DNA from: Candidatus Bathyarchaeota archaeon
GTDB taxonomy: Archaea; Thermoproteota; Bathyarchaeia; Bathyarchaeales; Bathycorpusculaceae
Assembly (NCBI GenBank): GCA_963826715.1
Contig: CAWGYA010000002.1
Coordinates: 288,001 to 352,000 of the forward strand
DNA: 64,000 nt
Reading direction: 5' to 3'
The translations under genes were made by a program, and so were the position numbers. This document shows positions 41,772-52,604 of the stretch, piece by piece. The stretch's first letter is position 1; each line of letters starts with the position of its first letter. The notes under the pieces are model-generated. The model ran no database searches. It saw only the letters and a list, made by a program, of their open reading frames with translations, and was not told where the DNA came from.

Positions 41772-43127
41772 ATGACTTTAACCGAAAAAACATCCACAGA
41801 CGTCGGTAATTCGAAGAATTGGCTAGAGGATATAATAAGAAAAGTCAATAGTAGTGCTTTGGAACAGCAAGTAATCACCCGCGGTAGCAATAGTCTCTGC
41901 GTTTTATGCAAAGGCGCTCGGTTCCTATGTGGGAAAACCCGTTGCCCAATAATGCTTAAAGTTAACACTTTCCTCAAAAGCGTTCCTTTAATGGAAACTG
42001 AAGATATTGATGGTATGTCGCCACCAAGTGTCTTCATCGGCAGAATAGGCTACCCACATGTATACATCGGACCGTTAGTGCCACCGGTGCATGAAAACAC
42101 AAGCATTTATGACATGCCCGAAAAATGGTTTGGGAAATCAATGGATGAAATCGTAGGGTTTCGCAGCCTACTTATCAGGGGCAAACACCTCGTTAATGTA
42201 ACAAAAATCAGTGAAGCAGGCAAAATCTTTGACGATACCCGCGAGTTGGCGCTTGCCGATAATAGTGTAGAAACTGAACTCAACTTAACCAAGAAACCTC
42301 GAGGCTCCATAACTCTTAGTGATGACGTGCAACCGTTTGGTCCCTCGGCACCAATCCGCGACCTTCACGTTGGCAACGCACGATATAACCAAAAAATTGA
42401 GAAAGCATATTATGATACAGACCTTAAGGCAACTAACGCAGTTGTTGAACTCTACAGCAAGGGCGTTACGGTGACCAAAATCCAGAAAGCCTTTAGCGTC
42501 GGAGCTTTTGGAGTTGAAAAGAAGCGGCGACTAGTCCCTACAAGATGGAGCATAACCGCTGTTGACGACATCCTTTCAAAGAGCCTCATGAATAAAGTAA
42601 AGACTTTTCCCGAAATCAACGAGTACCGTGTCTACGAATCAATCTATCTTGATAATGTTTTTGAGATTTTGATGATTCCGATGCAATGGAGTTATGAATC
42701 CATGGAAGCATGGTATCCAGGTACTGTTTGGAATCCAAACGGCTCCTCTGTTGCCATATTCTCAGACTGGGAGTCTAACAGTGGGCGCACTACTTACGCA
42801 TCAATAGGAGGTTGCTATTATAGCGCCCGTTTAGCTATATGTGAGCAACTTCAAAAAGAACGCCGCCAAGCCACCGCGATAGTACTTCGGGAAGCTCGCC
42901 CTGGTTATATCATGCCTATAGGCGTCTGGCAAGTTAGGGAAAATGTGCGTAATGCCATGCGGCAGAAACCTTATACTTTCAATACACTGGCGCAATCACT
43001 AAAGTTCTTAAGCGGCAAATTTGAAATTCCCCTACAGCGCTGGATTCGGCAGAGTGAGCTTTTAAAGAAGGCTCTGTTTCAGAGGCGAATAAATGATTTC
43101 TTCTCAACCACAACGTCAAATCAATAA
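41772..43127 (+). CDS. nre: Nre family DNA repair protein
   Basis: CxxCKG..LCG...CP, SPPSVFIGRIGYP, LVPTRWSITAVD; C-terminal PIP box QRRINDFF. Confidence 0.92.
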   Translation: MTLTEKTSTDVGNSKNWLEDIIRKVNSSALEQQVITRGSNSLCVLCKGARFLCGKTRCPIMLKVNTFLKSVPLMETEDIDGMSPPSVFIGRIGYPHVYIGPLVPPVHENTSIYDMPEKWFGKSMDEIVGFRSLLIRGKHLVNVTKISEAGKIFDDTRELALADNSVETELNLTKKPRGSITLSDDVQPFGPSAPIRDLHVGNARYNQKIEKAYYDTDLKATNAVVELYSKGVTVTKIQKAFSVGAFGVEKKRRLVPTRWSITAVDDILSKSLMNKVKTFPEINEYRVYESIYLDNVFEILMIPMQWSYESMEAWYPGTVWNPNGSSVAIFSDWESNSGRTTYASIGGCYYSARLAICEQLQKERRQATAIVLREARPGYIMPIGVWQVRENVRNAMRQKPYTFNTLAQSLKFLSGKFEIPLQRWIRQSELLKKALFQRRINDFFSTTTSNQ

Positions 43128-43407
43128 GTTTCTCATTGGGAATCGAGCAAATTGGGTTTGGAAATAAACTTCAATCCATAACCACTTTAGTCAAGTTCAT
43201 AGAATCCAGACTAGAAGGTGTGTATGTGGTTACTTATTTTTTGCCCGGTGATCATGTACTTATGATGAAAAATGATAACTTTGTGTGGTCATCAAACTAA
43301 ATGATGGAGCAGCAATCAGCACTTGAAAGCAATCAAAAATAAAACATATGCATACTTTTTTGGAAAATTTTAAAAAAGCATGCCCTTTATACCTAACCTG
43401 ACTTTCA

Positions 43408-45018
43408 ATGTTAACCACCCCCGTTAAATGTTTCATGCTGCCATTCGCAACCAAGAAAAACCAAGACCCCAAGATTGAGGAAGCTGCGGTCTTTGCCATC
43501 TCAGAACTTCAGAGAAATAAGGGCGGAGGTTTACTTTTAAAGCAACCACAAGAAAAACTGTCTTTCGTATCAAGAGCGGCGTATCCCGTTTGGGTGTATC
43601 CCAAAAACAATTCGGCGTTAATCTTTGATGGCTTAAACGATTCAAGATATACCGCCTCATATAGTGAGGCACCTTCTGCGGGGGTTTTTTTGGATAATCT
43701 CCAATTAAATCAACGCCCAAGAGAAAACTACGCCGCATTCCTATCGAAGAATCAGTACTATTTTCAGAAACCACTCAAAGAAAAAGAATTCACCCTACAA
43801 GGCATAATAACCGACACAGTCTTCAAAGCAGAGTTTAACTTATACCGCAAAGAAGCCGATGATTTAAGTGTACCAGCAACGGTTCTTGAGCCTTTGCTTG
43901 AGGCAAATGAGATTGCGGCAATACTTAGTGAGTTAGATAAACTTCAGACTTATATTAATAACGACGCACAAAAACTGACAGAGTGCCTCAGAGCCCTCAC
44001 TAAAACAACCAGTCAATACATATCTGAAATAGACTTTGAAGCCAACGCAACTAATGAAGAAGCTGAAGCAAAAATAAAGGCACAAGGTGAATTCACTAAC
44101 CCCCAAATAACCAAACTCAACAAAGAGTATCAACGTGAAATCAAAAAAGTAACCCAGGACTTTGAAAGTAAAATAAAAAACCAGCAGAAGCAGAAAATAA
44201 AAATATTGAAAGACATATTGAACGCTGAAGCAAAAAGCCATAAATATGAACGTGAAGCAAAAGCACAGAGCAAGAAGGGGAATGAATTTTATGAGAAGCA
44301 TTGGAAAGAAAAAGTTAAGGTTACCGAGAAAGATCTCGCTACCCTTAAAAAAGAAAATAAAAACATAGAAAATAACATTAAAACACTTTCCAAACAAAAA
44401 ACCCAAGATATCTCCAAACTTAGTTTTGATTTGGACTCAAAAATCAAACTGGCACGTCAACCCCTCAAAGACCTGGCGGAAAACAGAGAAGATAAAAACT
44501 TTGCATATAAACAAGAAAAAAACAAGTTACTGGCACTTGAGAAAACCATAGTATATGGAATCAATAAGAGCATCAAACTACGAGAAACAATCAATACAAA
44601 TTTTGAGGGCTTAGGAACTCAAAATACTCAAATTAAGAACCCAACCCTGTTCTATATACCTTTTTATTTAGTCTGTTACGAAAACGATTCAGCCAGACGC
44701 TACACTTACGTTTCCCCATCTTCAGTTAGTTCGATTGATTTTTCAACTAAAATCAAAGGAGCATTGGGCATCCCTAAAATTAAGGACCTCCTTACACCCC
44801 GCTTTCAAGCTATAGCCGATCTCATAACCAATGTCGAAACACTCTCACGCCAAGACAACTGCTTTGAAGAGACCATTTGGAATTTTGGAGTGAAAAACAA
44901 CTTAATAAAAAACAACGCCTTCCAAAGTAACGTTGCCGAAGGTCTGCATATTCTTAGAACGCAAGGCTGGCTCTCAGAGAATGAAACATCAGACCTAAGC
45001 AGCCTATTGCATTCTTAA
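43408..45018 (+). CDS. Coiled-coil hypothetical protein
   Basis: 536-aa ORF; central Lys/Glu coiled coil flanked by YPVW and YIPFYL segments. Confidence 0.8.
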   Translation: MLTTPVKCFMLPFATKKNQDPKIEEAAVFAISELQRNKGGGLLLKQPQEKLSFVSRAAYPVWVYPKNNSALIFDGLNDSRYTASYSEAPSAGVFLDNLQLNQRPRENYAAFLSKNQYYFQKPLKEKEFTLQGIITDTVFKAEFNLYRKEADDLSVPATVLEPLLEANEIAAILSELDKLQTYINNDAQKLTECLRALTKTTSQYISEIDFEANATNEEAEAKIKAQGEFTNPQITKLNKEYQREIKKVTQDFESKIKNQQKQKIKILKDILNAEAKSHKYEREAKAQSKKGNEFYEKHWKEKVKVTEKDLATLKKENKNIENNIKTLSKQKTQDISKLSFDLDSKIKLARQPLKDLAENREDKNFAYKQEKNKLLALEKTIVYGINKSIKLRETINTNFEGLGTQNTQIKNPTLFYIPFYLVCYENDSARRYTYVSPSSVSSIDFSTKIKGALGIPKIKDLLTPRFQAIADLITNVETLSRQDNCFEETIWNFGVKNNLIKNNAFQSNVAEGLHILRTQGWLSENETSDLSSLLHS

Positions 45019-45108
45019 ACAGTGATGCCCCAAAAAGCTTATTGAACTCCCAACACTGAATATTCAATGCAATATTCGCATTTATAACATATGAAAAGTT
45101 GAGTCGCA

Positions 45109-45804
45109 ATGGTTGATAGTAACAATTACATCTTGAAGGTTTCCAATCTTGGCGTTAAAATGCAAAACCAAACCCTGCTGGACCACATAAGCTTCAACGT
45201 TAAAAAAGGAACAACCCTCGCGATTCTAGGTCCAAACGGCGCAGGTAAAACAGTCCTTTTACGCACATTACTTAATCTTGTTCCACATACAGGCCAAATA
45301 GAATGGACAGAAAAAGTAAAAATCGGTTATGTCCCTCAATATGTTACAGTTTCAGATGTTCCTATGACTGTCAAAGAATTTCTCTCAATCGGAAACGGCT
45401 TTAACGTTCAAAACGCGTTGAACATGGTTAGGTTAAAAGATTCAAGCATCCTAAACAAACGATTAGGCGTTCTTTCAGGCGGGCAGCTGCGACGGGTATT
45501 GATTGCATGGGCACTTAACGATCATCCTAACGTGCTCCTCCTTGATGAACCAACAACAGGTGTAGATATGGACAGCGAAGAACCCATCTACCTCATGTTG
45601 AACGACATCAAAAAAACCCATAAAATCACTATCCTTCTAATCACACATAACATCCATATAGTTCAAGAGTACGCCGATGATCTACTTGCCATAAACAAAT
45701 GCGTAACCTTTTCTGGACCATCCGCTGAGTTAGGGAAGCCCAATGTTCAGAGACAAATTTATGGTGAACCTGTCTGCGTTGAAACCATTCGGGGAGAAAA
45801 ATAG
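45109..45804 (+). CDS. Metal (Zn/Mn) ABC transporter ATPase, ZnuC-like
   Basis: GPNGAGKT, IGYVPQ, LSGGQ, LLDEPTTGVD. Confidence 0.9.
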   Translation: MVDSNNYILKVSNLGVKMQNQTLLDHISFNVKKGTTLAILGPNGAGKTVLLRTLLNLVPHTGQIEWTEKVKIGYVPQYVTVSDVPMTVKEFLSIGNGFNVQNALNMVRLKDSSILNKRLGVLSGGQLRRVLIAWALNDHPNVLLLDEPTTGVDMDSEEPIYLMLNDIKKTHKITILLITHNIHIVQEYADDLLAINKCVTFSGPSAELGKPNVQRQIYGEPVCVETIRGEK

Positions 45805-45805
45805 A

Positions 45806-46606
45806 ATGACTGATACATTGCTCTTTAGCCTCGTCTTATCCATCTTCGTGGGGATAGCCACTGGATACTTGGGCTCCCTGATGGTTCTAGAGAAGATGGC
45901 ACTTGTAGGCGATGCCCTCTCGCACGTTGCCCTACCAGGTTTAGCAATAGGCATAACTCTAAATTTTAATCCCTACATAGGCGCCTTCGCTTTCCTCTTT
46001 GTAACTGCAGCGATTATTTGGCAGATTCAGCGAACCACAAAAATTTCATTTGAAGCTCTAGTCGGTGCTATGTTCACTTTAGCCTTAGCTATAGGCATTC
46101 TTTTGTACGGTGACAACTTAGACGCACTTGAAGCAGCACTTTTCGGCGATATTTCACAAGTTTCCTTGTTAAGCACCGCAGTGGCTGCAACCGTTTGTGT
46201 AGTGGCAATCCTATTAACCAAATTCATCTACAAACGCCTAGTATTAGCAATGATATCCGAGGACCTTGCAATTTCAAAAGGAATCAACGTCGCCCGAACC
46301 AACCTGCTCTACCTATTTCTAGTTTCAGTTGTTGTCGCCATTGGAATCCAAATAGTTGGAACCTTACTTGTAGGTTTCTTAGTAATTGTGCCCGCAATAG
46401 CCGCTAAAAACTTAAGCAGCCATATTAAACGCTATTCAATGCTCAGCGCAGTGTTCGGTGCCACGGCAGGATTCTCAGGGGTTCTAATTTGGAGCCTTTT
46501 CTTCAGATTATCAGTACCTTTTCCGGGACCAATCGTGGTATTTGCCGGAATCATAATTTTCGTAATTTCATTGATAATTAACTGGAGATTAAAACTTACG
46601 ACCTGA
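45806..46606 (+). CDS. Metal ABC transporter permease, ZnuB-like
   Basis: MALVGDALSHVALPG, LFGDI, VGTLLV motifs. Confidence 0.9.
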   Translation: MTDTLLFSLVLSIFVGIATGYLGSLMVLEKMALVGDALSHVALPGLAIGITLNFNPYIGAFAFLFVTAAIIWQIQRTTKISFEALVGAMFTLALAIGILLYGDNLDALEAALFGDISQVSLLSTAVAATVCVVAILLTKFIYKRLVLAMISEDLAISKGINVARTNLLYLFLVSVVVAIGIQIVGTLLVGFLVIVPAIAAKNLSSHIKRYSMLSAVFGATAGFSGVLIWSLFFRLSVPFPGPIVVFAGIIIFVISLIINWRLKLTT

Positions 46607-46615
46607 GGCTTTAAA

Positions 46616-47032
46616 ATGAAGAAGTATACTGGTAAAACTTCAACCGCAATAATACCTTATCACAACGATAAAGTTCTGCTAATTAAAAGAAATACGATCC
46701 CCTTTAAGGGCTACTGGGCATTACCCGGTGGCAGAATGGACCCCGGCGAAACCATCGAACAAACAATCATCAGAGAAGTTAAAGAAGAAACTGGACTCAA
46801 CATCATTGTTATCCAGATAGTGGGCGAATACATAGAGAAGGGCGTAAAAGATGATATCGAATATGAGTACTACCCAACCTGCTTTGTCGTCAAACCAGTC
46901 GGCGGAGAAATCAAAAAACAAGAAAGTGAAATCCAACAAATCCAATGCTTCAGCTTAAACGAGTTGCCCATACCATTGGCTTTTGAACACGACAAAATGC
47001 TAAGTGATTATCTAAAAACCAAAAAACAGTAA
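46616..47032 (+). CDS. NUDIX hydrolase
   Basis: GGRMDPGETIEQTIIREVKEETGL NUDIX box; LAFEH. Confidence 0.92.
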   Translation: MKKYTGKTSTAIIPYHNDKVLLIKRNTIPFKGYWALPGGRMDPGETIEQTIIREVKEETGLNIIVIQIVGEYIEKGVKDDIEYEYYPTCFVVKPVGGEIKKQESEIQQIQCFSLNELPIPLAFEHDKMLSDYLKTKKQ

Positions 47033-47251
47033 CAAAGAAAACCGGAAACTGATCGACAATTAAAAGATTAGGGCATTCAATTCTTAACTAGAATAATGTG
47101 GTGGCAACAAGAACTGTTTAATCTTGAAAAGCTCGCTTTCTGATCACATTTTTGAAGGTAGATTCGGCTTCAGAAGGTATATTAAAGTCAATCTCAAAAA
47201 TATATTTGCTGGATTTATTTTTATATGAAGTTTTAGGAGGTGGAATATTTC

Positions 47252-47644
47252 ATGAAGTTTGGTGATTTAATTCAAGAGTCAGATTGGAAAGTTGAGAAGC
47301 ATGTACCTGTTATCGATTGCCCTGACGAGGTTACAAAAGGGGAATTTTTCGAAGTTACTGCAAGCATAGGAAAAGAGGTTGCCCATCCAAACACTACTGC
47401 ACATCACATTAGCTGGATATCACTGTTTTTCCTTCCCGAAGGAGAAAAGTTTCCATACCAAATAGGAAAAGTAGAGTTTAATGCACACGGAGCTTCAGCT
47501 CAAGGACCAGACACTAGCACAGTGTATATACACCATAAATCAATCGTATGGATGAAAACAGACAAACCGGGCTCCATATTTGCCATGTCTCTCTGCAACA
47601 TTCATGGTCTCTGGCAGTACTCTAAACAAATTAAGATCAAATAA
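47252..47644 (+). CDS. sor: Superoxide reductase (neelaredoxin, class II)
   Basis: EKHVP, HPNTTAHHISWI and CNIHGLW iron ligands; AGGAGGTG SD. Confidence 0.9.
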   Translation: MKFGDLIQESDWKVEKHVPVIDCPDEVTKGEFFEVTASIGKEVAHPNTTAHHISWISLFFLPEGEKFPYQIGKVEFNAHGASAQGPDTSTVYIHHKSIVWMKTDKPGSIFAMSLCNIHGLWQYSKQIKIK

Positions 47645-47826
47645 TTTCACCTACCTTTTTTCGGTTCTATAAAATTTTTTTTGTTAAAGAAGAGAAAAAA
47701 TCGAAAAATACAGGGCTCTTTAAAAAGAGTGATTTCGCACAAATGCAGATTAATCATCATTTGAAAACAAAATAAAAAAGGATCAAATTGGATTGCTCAA
47801 AAACAATTCAGAATCTGAAGTTGATC

Positions 47827-48084
47827 TTATTTTATCATTTCAGCCTTGGCAGTTTTTCCGTTAACGTAGATTATTTTGATTTTTATGTGGTTCCCAGGTT
47901 TTGCATTCGGTACATACACCACTAGACCCTGAACTTTGGCTATACCTTCCTCTTTTGGACTTATCTCTGTAATGTCCACTTCTAATTCTTCTCCCAACTC
48001 AACGGGATAGCGCTTAAAACCCTTGCCATGACCACGCCTTCCCTCATAACTGCCACCTTGCCTTGATTTACTCATAAACACCAT
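47827..48084 (-). CDS. Single TRAM-domain protein
   Basis: PVELGEELEVDI...GIAKVQGLVVYVP..KPG. Confidence 0.88.
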   Translation of the reverse strand: MVFMSKSRQGGSYEGRRGHGKGFKRYPVELGEELEVDITEISPKEEGIAKVQGLVVYVPNAKPGNHIKIKIIYVNGKTAKAEMIK

Positions 48085-48228
48085 CTTTTCGATAGATTAA
48101 ATATTTGTATATACATGCTTAAATTTTTCGCATAGACGTATTCAAATTTATTTTTCCCTGTAAATTTGTTATTACATTTTACTTAGGTTTTAAATAACTC
48201 TGCCTCATTATCTAAAAAGAAGTCCTCT

Positions 48229-48621
48229 CTATTCAGTGGCGGTAAGTATTACAGATTGCCTGTCGTTGTTTTTCCTGTTTGTCATAGCGCTTTCGCGTTT
48301 TTTTCTGAAACTTTCAAACCATTCTGAAACGTTTTGCCCTGTCAAACGATCAATACAATCGTTTCCCACGCGTATCGTCTTGCCATCTTCGTTTTCAATA
48401 ACAGAAACCTCGTAGGTTGGATAATTACCACACACCGCACATTTCATGTAGGGTACTGCAACGTAATTGTCAATTAACCGCCATTTCATGTTTTTATATT
48501 CGAACCTGGGAACTTTGTTAATAAACCTAGCGACTGTTTTATTCAACTCCAATAAATTATCATCAGTTTTTGTCAAATTAATCCACTCCAAATCTGAAAA
48601 ACTAGTGTTGCCAATTAACAT
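48229..48621 (-). CDS. Hypothetical Cys-motif protein
   Basis: CAVCG...VGNDC. Confidence 0.65.
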   Translation of the reverse strand: MLIGNTSFSDLEWINLTKTDDNLLELNKTVARFINKVPRFEYKNMKWRLIDNYVAVPYMKCAVCGNYPTYEVSVIENEDGKTIRVGNDCIDRLTGQNVSEWFESFRKKRESAMTNRKNNDRQSVILTATE

Positions 48622-48742
48622 TAACCCTTAATATATGGCAGCTTCCCTTACTACCTATTACCCTATAACCTATACAGCACACTATTACTTAATGTTACTG
48701 AAGCATTTCCACCTTTTCACTGCCAAACTGAGGCGAAACTTA

Positions 48743-48821
48743 TGGCGGGCCCGGTGGGATTTGAACCCACGATCTCCGGCTCCGAAGGCCGACACCTTAA
48801 TCCGTGCTAGGCTACGAGCCC
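48743..48821 (-). tRNA. tRNA-Arg(TCG), CCA encoded
   Basis: Reverse complement folds: GGGCTCG/CGGGCCC; TCGGC-CTTCGGA-GCCGG; GTGGG-TTCAAAT-CCCAC. Confidence 0.95.
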
Positions 48822-48933
48822 ATTTACATGCTTTTTCACTAGTATACGGTGCTAAATTAGTCCTCTATACTATTGCATTCCACTATGGATTTCTTGTTTT
48901 AAAGTGCAGACGCTATATTTAGACTTTACATGT

Positions 48934-49184
48934 TTAGTCCGTCTTGATTTTACGGTAAAAGTGAACACCATTCATCTCGTCGAATTTTCGTATCCTTTCC
49001 GAGCGACTTCTCTTAGTTCCTGTGGAGTTCTAACCTCTACCATGTCAAATTCTTGGTCGCCGAAGCATTGAGCTGCCAGTTGCGGATAGATTTGAACGTA
49101 CGCCAATGAACTATGACCTATCAGGTATTGCACTGCGTCTGAGTTGCCTTTAACGTGTCGCTCTTTGGTTGCTCTCCAATATCT
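48934..49184 (-). pseudogene. C-terminal remnant of a tyrosine integrase
   Basis: Hand translation RYWRATKERH...VQYLIGHSSLAYVQIY...KGYE / FDEMNGVHFYRK (R...GH...Y); no N-terminal part. Confidence 0.65.
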
Positions 49185-49381
49185 TTCGCTATAGGTGGGA
49201 TTTTTAGCAGAATTATAACTAACCTTTTAGAAACAGATTCAAAAAATATGGGTGCATGAAAAAAAAGTATATGCCCACCTGAGCAATTCTCCTCTGAACT
49301 AAGTTTATTAATGATTAGTATCTATATAATATAGGGTTTCTTACGAAAGTCACTAATTCATCTGCTCAAGCCCATGGAGAC

Positions 49382-50395
49382 ATGGGCAACCAGAGAATTT
49401 CAGATTTATTTGAGAGTTTTGATGAAGCTTACATAGCCGTCAACTGGGATTTAAACATCATATATTGGAATAGAGCAGCTGAAAGAGTAACTGCAACCAA
49501 AGCAAAAGATGCACTTGGAAAGAAGATATATGAAGTTTTACCTGAGATGATTTCGGTCGATTTTTCCCCATATTTGACTCTACTCCAAAATAAACAACGC
49601 AATCGATTTATGATGGAAGTAATCAGTAGGGAAACACACAAACCATCTGTTTTTGAGGTTTCAATGTATCCTTCTGAACAAGGAATAATAATCGTTGTTG
49701 AAGACAAAACTGAAGAAGAACAAACAAAAAGATTATCTGCAATCGGCGCTACCGCAGGAATGGTAGGGCACGATATACGAAATCCACTCCAAGCCATAAT
49801 ATCAGACGTTTTTTTGATCAAGCAAAGCCTAAAAACTGTGCCTGAATCAAAAAATAAAAGCGAAGTCACCGAGAGTTTGGATAACATTGAAAGTAATATT
49901 AACTACATCAACAAGATTGTGGCTGATTTACAGGATTATTCCCGAGAATTAGTCACTCAATACCAATCCATCAATTTCTCCGGTTTAGTTAAAGATATTT
50001 TGCAGTCTATTAATCGTCAAAGCAATATCAATATCTCTGTTGATATTGACAAGTCATTTGACATAGTTTCCGACAAGCTCATTCTTAGACGAATCTTGAC
50101 AAATCTTATTATCAACGCTCTTCAAGCAATGCCAAACGAAGGAAAACTCAAAATTAGCAGTTTTCTGAGTAATAGTAGAGTATTGATTATTGTAGAAGAT
50201 ACAGGTTTAGGGATCCCTGAAAATATTAAATCTAAATTGTTCATGCCTATGATGACTACAAAGGCAAAAGGGCAAGGACTCGGCTTAGCAGTAGTCAAGC
50301 GGCTGACAGAAGCAATAAAGGGAACCATAAGTTTTGAAAGCCAGGAAGGGATTGGTACAAAATTTATTATTTCCCTCCCCCAAAAGCCTGAATAG
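49382..50395 (+). CDS. PAS-domain sensor histidine kinase
   Basis: YWNRAAE (PAS); GHDIRNPL (H box); NLIINALQA, DTGLG and GQGLGL (HATPase). Confidence 0.93.
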   Translation: MGNQRISDLFESFDEAYIAVNWDLNIIYWNRAAERVTATKAKDALGKKIYEVLPEMISVDFSPYLTLLQNKQRNRFMMEVISRETHKPSVFEVSMYPSEQGIIIVVEDKTEEEQTKRLSAIGATAGMVGHDIRNPLQAIISDVFLIKQSLKTVPESKNKSEVTESLDNIESNINYINKIVADLQDYSRELVTQYQSINFSGLVKDILQSINRQSNINISVDIDKSFDIVSDKLILRRILTNLIINALQAMPNEGKLKISSFLSNSRVLIIVEDTGLGIPENIKSKLFMPMMTTKAKGQGLGLAVVKRLTEAIKGTISFESQEGIGTKFIISLPQKPE

Positions 50396-50476
50396 ACTCT
50401 AGCGAACAGCATATAGGTAGTATTTGAGAAGGAAATAGACGCACGCCAAAGTTTTCAGCTATTAACACCTATCGTG

Positions 50477-50985
50477 TAGGTTTATACATTAGCGAAACAG
50501 CGACTCTTTTTCCACTCAAGCTACATTTTTAATTCCTTGTTAATTCTTGTATTGATTCTTCCATGACTTGAGTGCTCCAAATCTAGTTATTTCCCAACCA
50601 ATTAAGCCGCCCCCAATTATCGGGGGAATTACTTGATAGAATATAGAAGGGCAATTTGGGCTGCGTAGTATACATCTCAACGACAAAATTTAGAAGCGTC
50701 TTCCTGATGCTTATTCCCTGATAATCAGGCAAGACAACTAATCGACTAACCCGATAATACGTCACTTTCATTCTTATGCAGGCTACAGCTATGAAAGTAT
50801 TGGCTCGCTTTGGTAGAAGGTAACGTAACATCGGACTCCTGCGCCTAGTTTGCTGTTTAGACAGTAATACTACCGAAACATGTCCATATGTTCTTGCCGC
50901 ACCGATTGATTTTGAGTTTAATGAGTGGCCGAACTCTTTTAACTGAGAATTTGGCGTGTCCAATCAAAATAGTAATTTCTTTTTT
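50477..50985 (-). pseudogene. Phage-type GNAT acetyltransferase remnant (several frameshifts)
   Basis: Frames join to RPLIKLKINRCGKNIW..F..Y..LNSKLG..VRCYV...YYRVSRLVVLPDYQGI (GNAT motif A). Confidence 0.65.
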
Positions 50986-51295
50986 ACTCATACCTATTTT
51001 GACTCTTGAAAGCGTCTTCAATAATGGGTAATGGTTTGAGTTCATTGAAGTATCTCAAAATATTATTACCTCGTTTAGTGACTACATAAACTGGCTTAGC
51101 TTCATGAACAGCTTGTTCTTCAACTATTCCTTGTTTAGTTAAGAAGTCCAAGTATTTTTCTAATAAACTCGAACTAAGATCGGCTTTGTTAATTATATTT
51201 GCAGACTTCAAAGGACCTTCCTGTGAAAGTACTTTGATTATTTGAATGCATATTTCGAGCCGCGTTTGCCCCACTGAGGTATATCTCCTTTTCAT
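50984..51295 (-). CDS. Winged-helix DNA-binding protein
   Basis: RLEICIQII...IINKADLS...YLDFL...YVVTKRG pattern. Confidence 0.8.
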   Translation of the reverse strand: MKRRYTSVGQTRLEICIQIIKVLSQEGPLKSANIINKADLSSSLLEKYLDFLTKQGIVEEQAVHEAKPVYVVTKRGNNILRYFNELKPLPIIEDAFKSQNRYE

Positions 51296-51673
51296 ATATC
51301 GACAGACTTGGATTTATAAACATTCTTATTCTTAATTCAAGCAATTATGCTTTTCATTAACAAAAATTCAAATAGACTCACATATTAACTTTAAATAAAT
51401 ATTTTTAGTTAAAATTTATATTAGATTAAAAGAATAAAAAAATCCTAGTTTACCATTATTAGTCTTTTTTCAAAAACCTTTCTTGCTGGTATGAAAGATG
51501 ATCTCTTTCAAATGTGCGGCAATACACTTTTAAAGTGCTCCAAATTTAAAATCCTAAGCAAAAAAGTTTTTAGCGCTGTTTATTCTGGTAAATTTAGATC
51601 CTGTCGGTTCCTTTATGTGAATTAGTAATAGATAATAACTACATATTTCATAAGGATTATCAAGACATATGAG

Positions 51674-52468
51674 TTGGTTCTATTGGATTATCTTTCCCCA
51701 CTAAGATCAGAACTTAAACTAAAAATTTTGTTAAGTCTCTTAAATGGCGAGAGAAAAATATCAGACCTTAGACGCGCTACCGAAACTCGAGACACCACAA
51801 TATTTCATGTTCTTGAAGATTTTGGAGACCTTGGTCTCACAATAAAGGCGCAAGGGGTTTACAAATTGTCAACACTCGGCATCATCGAAGCCAAAATAAT
51901 AAAAGAGACTATTTCCTCCGCTGAAGTTATTGAAAAATTTAAGGCCTTCTGGTTATCCCATAATGTAGATGATATACCTTCACACCTTCTTCTAAATATT
52001 GGTGCGTTAAAACAAGCACATTTAGTTCAGGCACAAGCAACAGAAATAGGGATTGTTCACCAGAAATTTATAGAAACCATTAGAACCGCTAAAAGAATAA
52101 AGGGTATATCACCTATATTTCACCCAGACTTCACATCTTTGTTTGGACAATTGCTAGAGCAAGGAAGCACAATCGAGCTTGTAGTTAGTAGCGATGTTTT
52201 GAGCAAGATAGCGGGTTTTATAGATTTTGAAATATTAAAGAAGTACTTCGCTAAGGATACGTTAAGAGTTTTTGTTAAAGACGATTTGAAAATTGCTCTC
52301 GCATTGAGTGAGCACAGTTTCTCTCTTGGGCTTTTTGATCAATCAGGATCTTATGACGACCGTATGGATTTGCGATCAGATTCAGTTGAGGCAATAAATT
52401 GGGGTGAGCGTCTTTTCGAAGGTATAGTAAAAAATAGCACAAGACTTGAAGCAGATTTATCAATTTAA
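51674..52468 (+). CDS. wHTH + DUF1724 (FilR1-middle-domain-like) transcriptional regulator
   Basis: N-terminal HTH; FWLSHNVDDIP, GISPIFHP, LGLF..G.YD and AINWGERLF. Confidence 0.8.
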   Translation: MVLLDYLSPLRSELKLKILLSLLNGERKISDLRRATETRDTTIFHVLEDFGDLGLTIKAQGVYKLSTLGIIEAKIIKETISSAEVIEKFKAFWLSHNVDDIPSHLLLNIGALKQAHLVQAQATEIGIVHQKFIETIRTAKRIKGISPIFHPDFTSLFGQLLEQGSTIELVVSSDVLSKIAGFIDFEILKKYFAKDTLRVFVKDDLKIALALSEHSFSLGLFDQSGSYDDRMDLRSDSVEAINWGERLFEGIVKNSTRLEADLSI

Positions 52469-52604
52469 CACTATTTAGGTTTTTATTTTTTTTTTCTAAC
52501 AAAAGTTCAATTTTTTTGATTAGGATATAGTCATTTTAGATCTGAATTAGTGCTTCATAAGCTTGATTACTTTTCTAAATCCATATTCGATTGAGAGAGG
52601 ATAG

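Noticed and set aside
11838-48768. 16-bp direct repeat GGTGGGATTTGAACCC as attL/attR of a 37-kb element
   Set aside because: The interval holds core genes (pheST, rps7/12) and the match is confined to the conserved T arm
48635-48922. 95-aa ORF
   Set aside because: Runs antisense across tRNA-Arg
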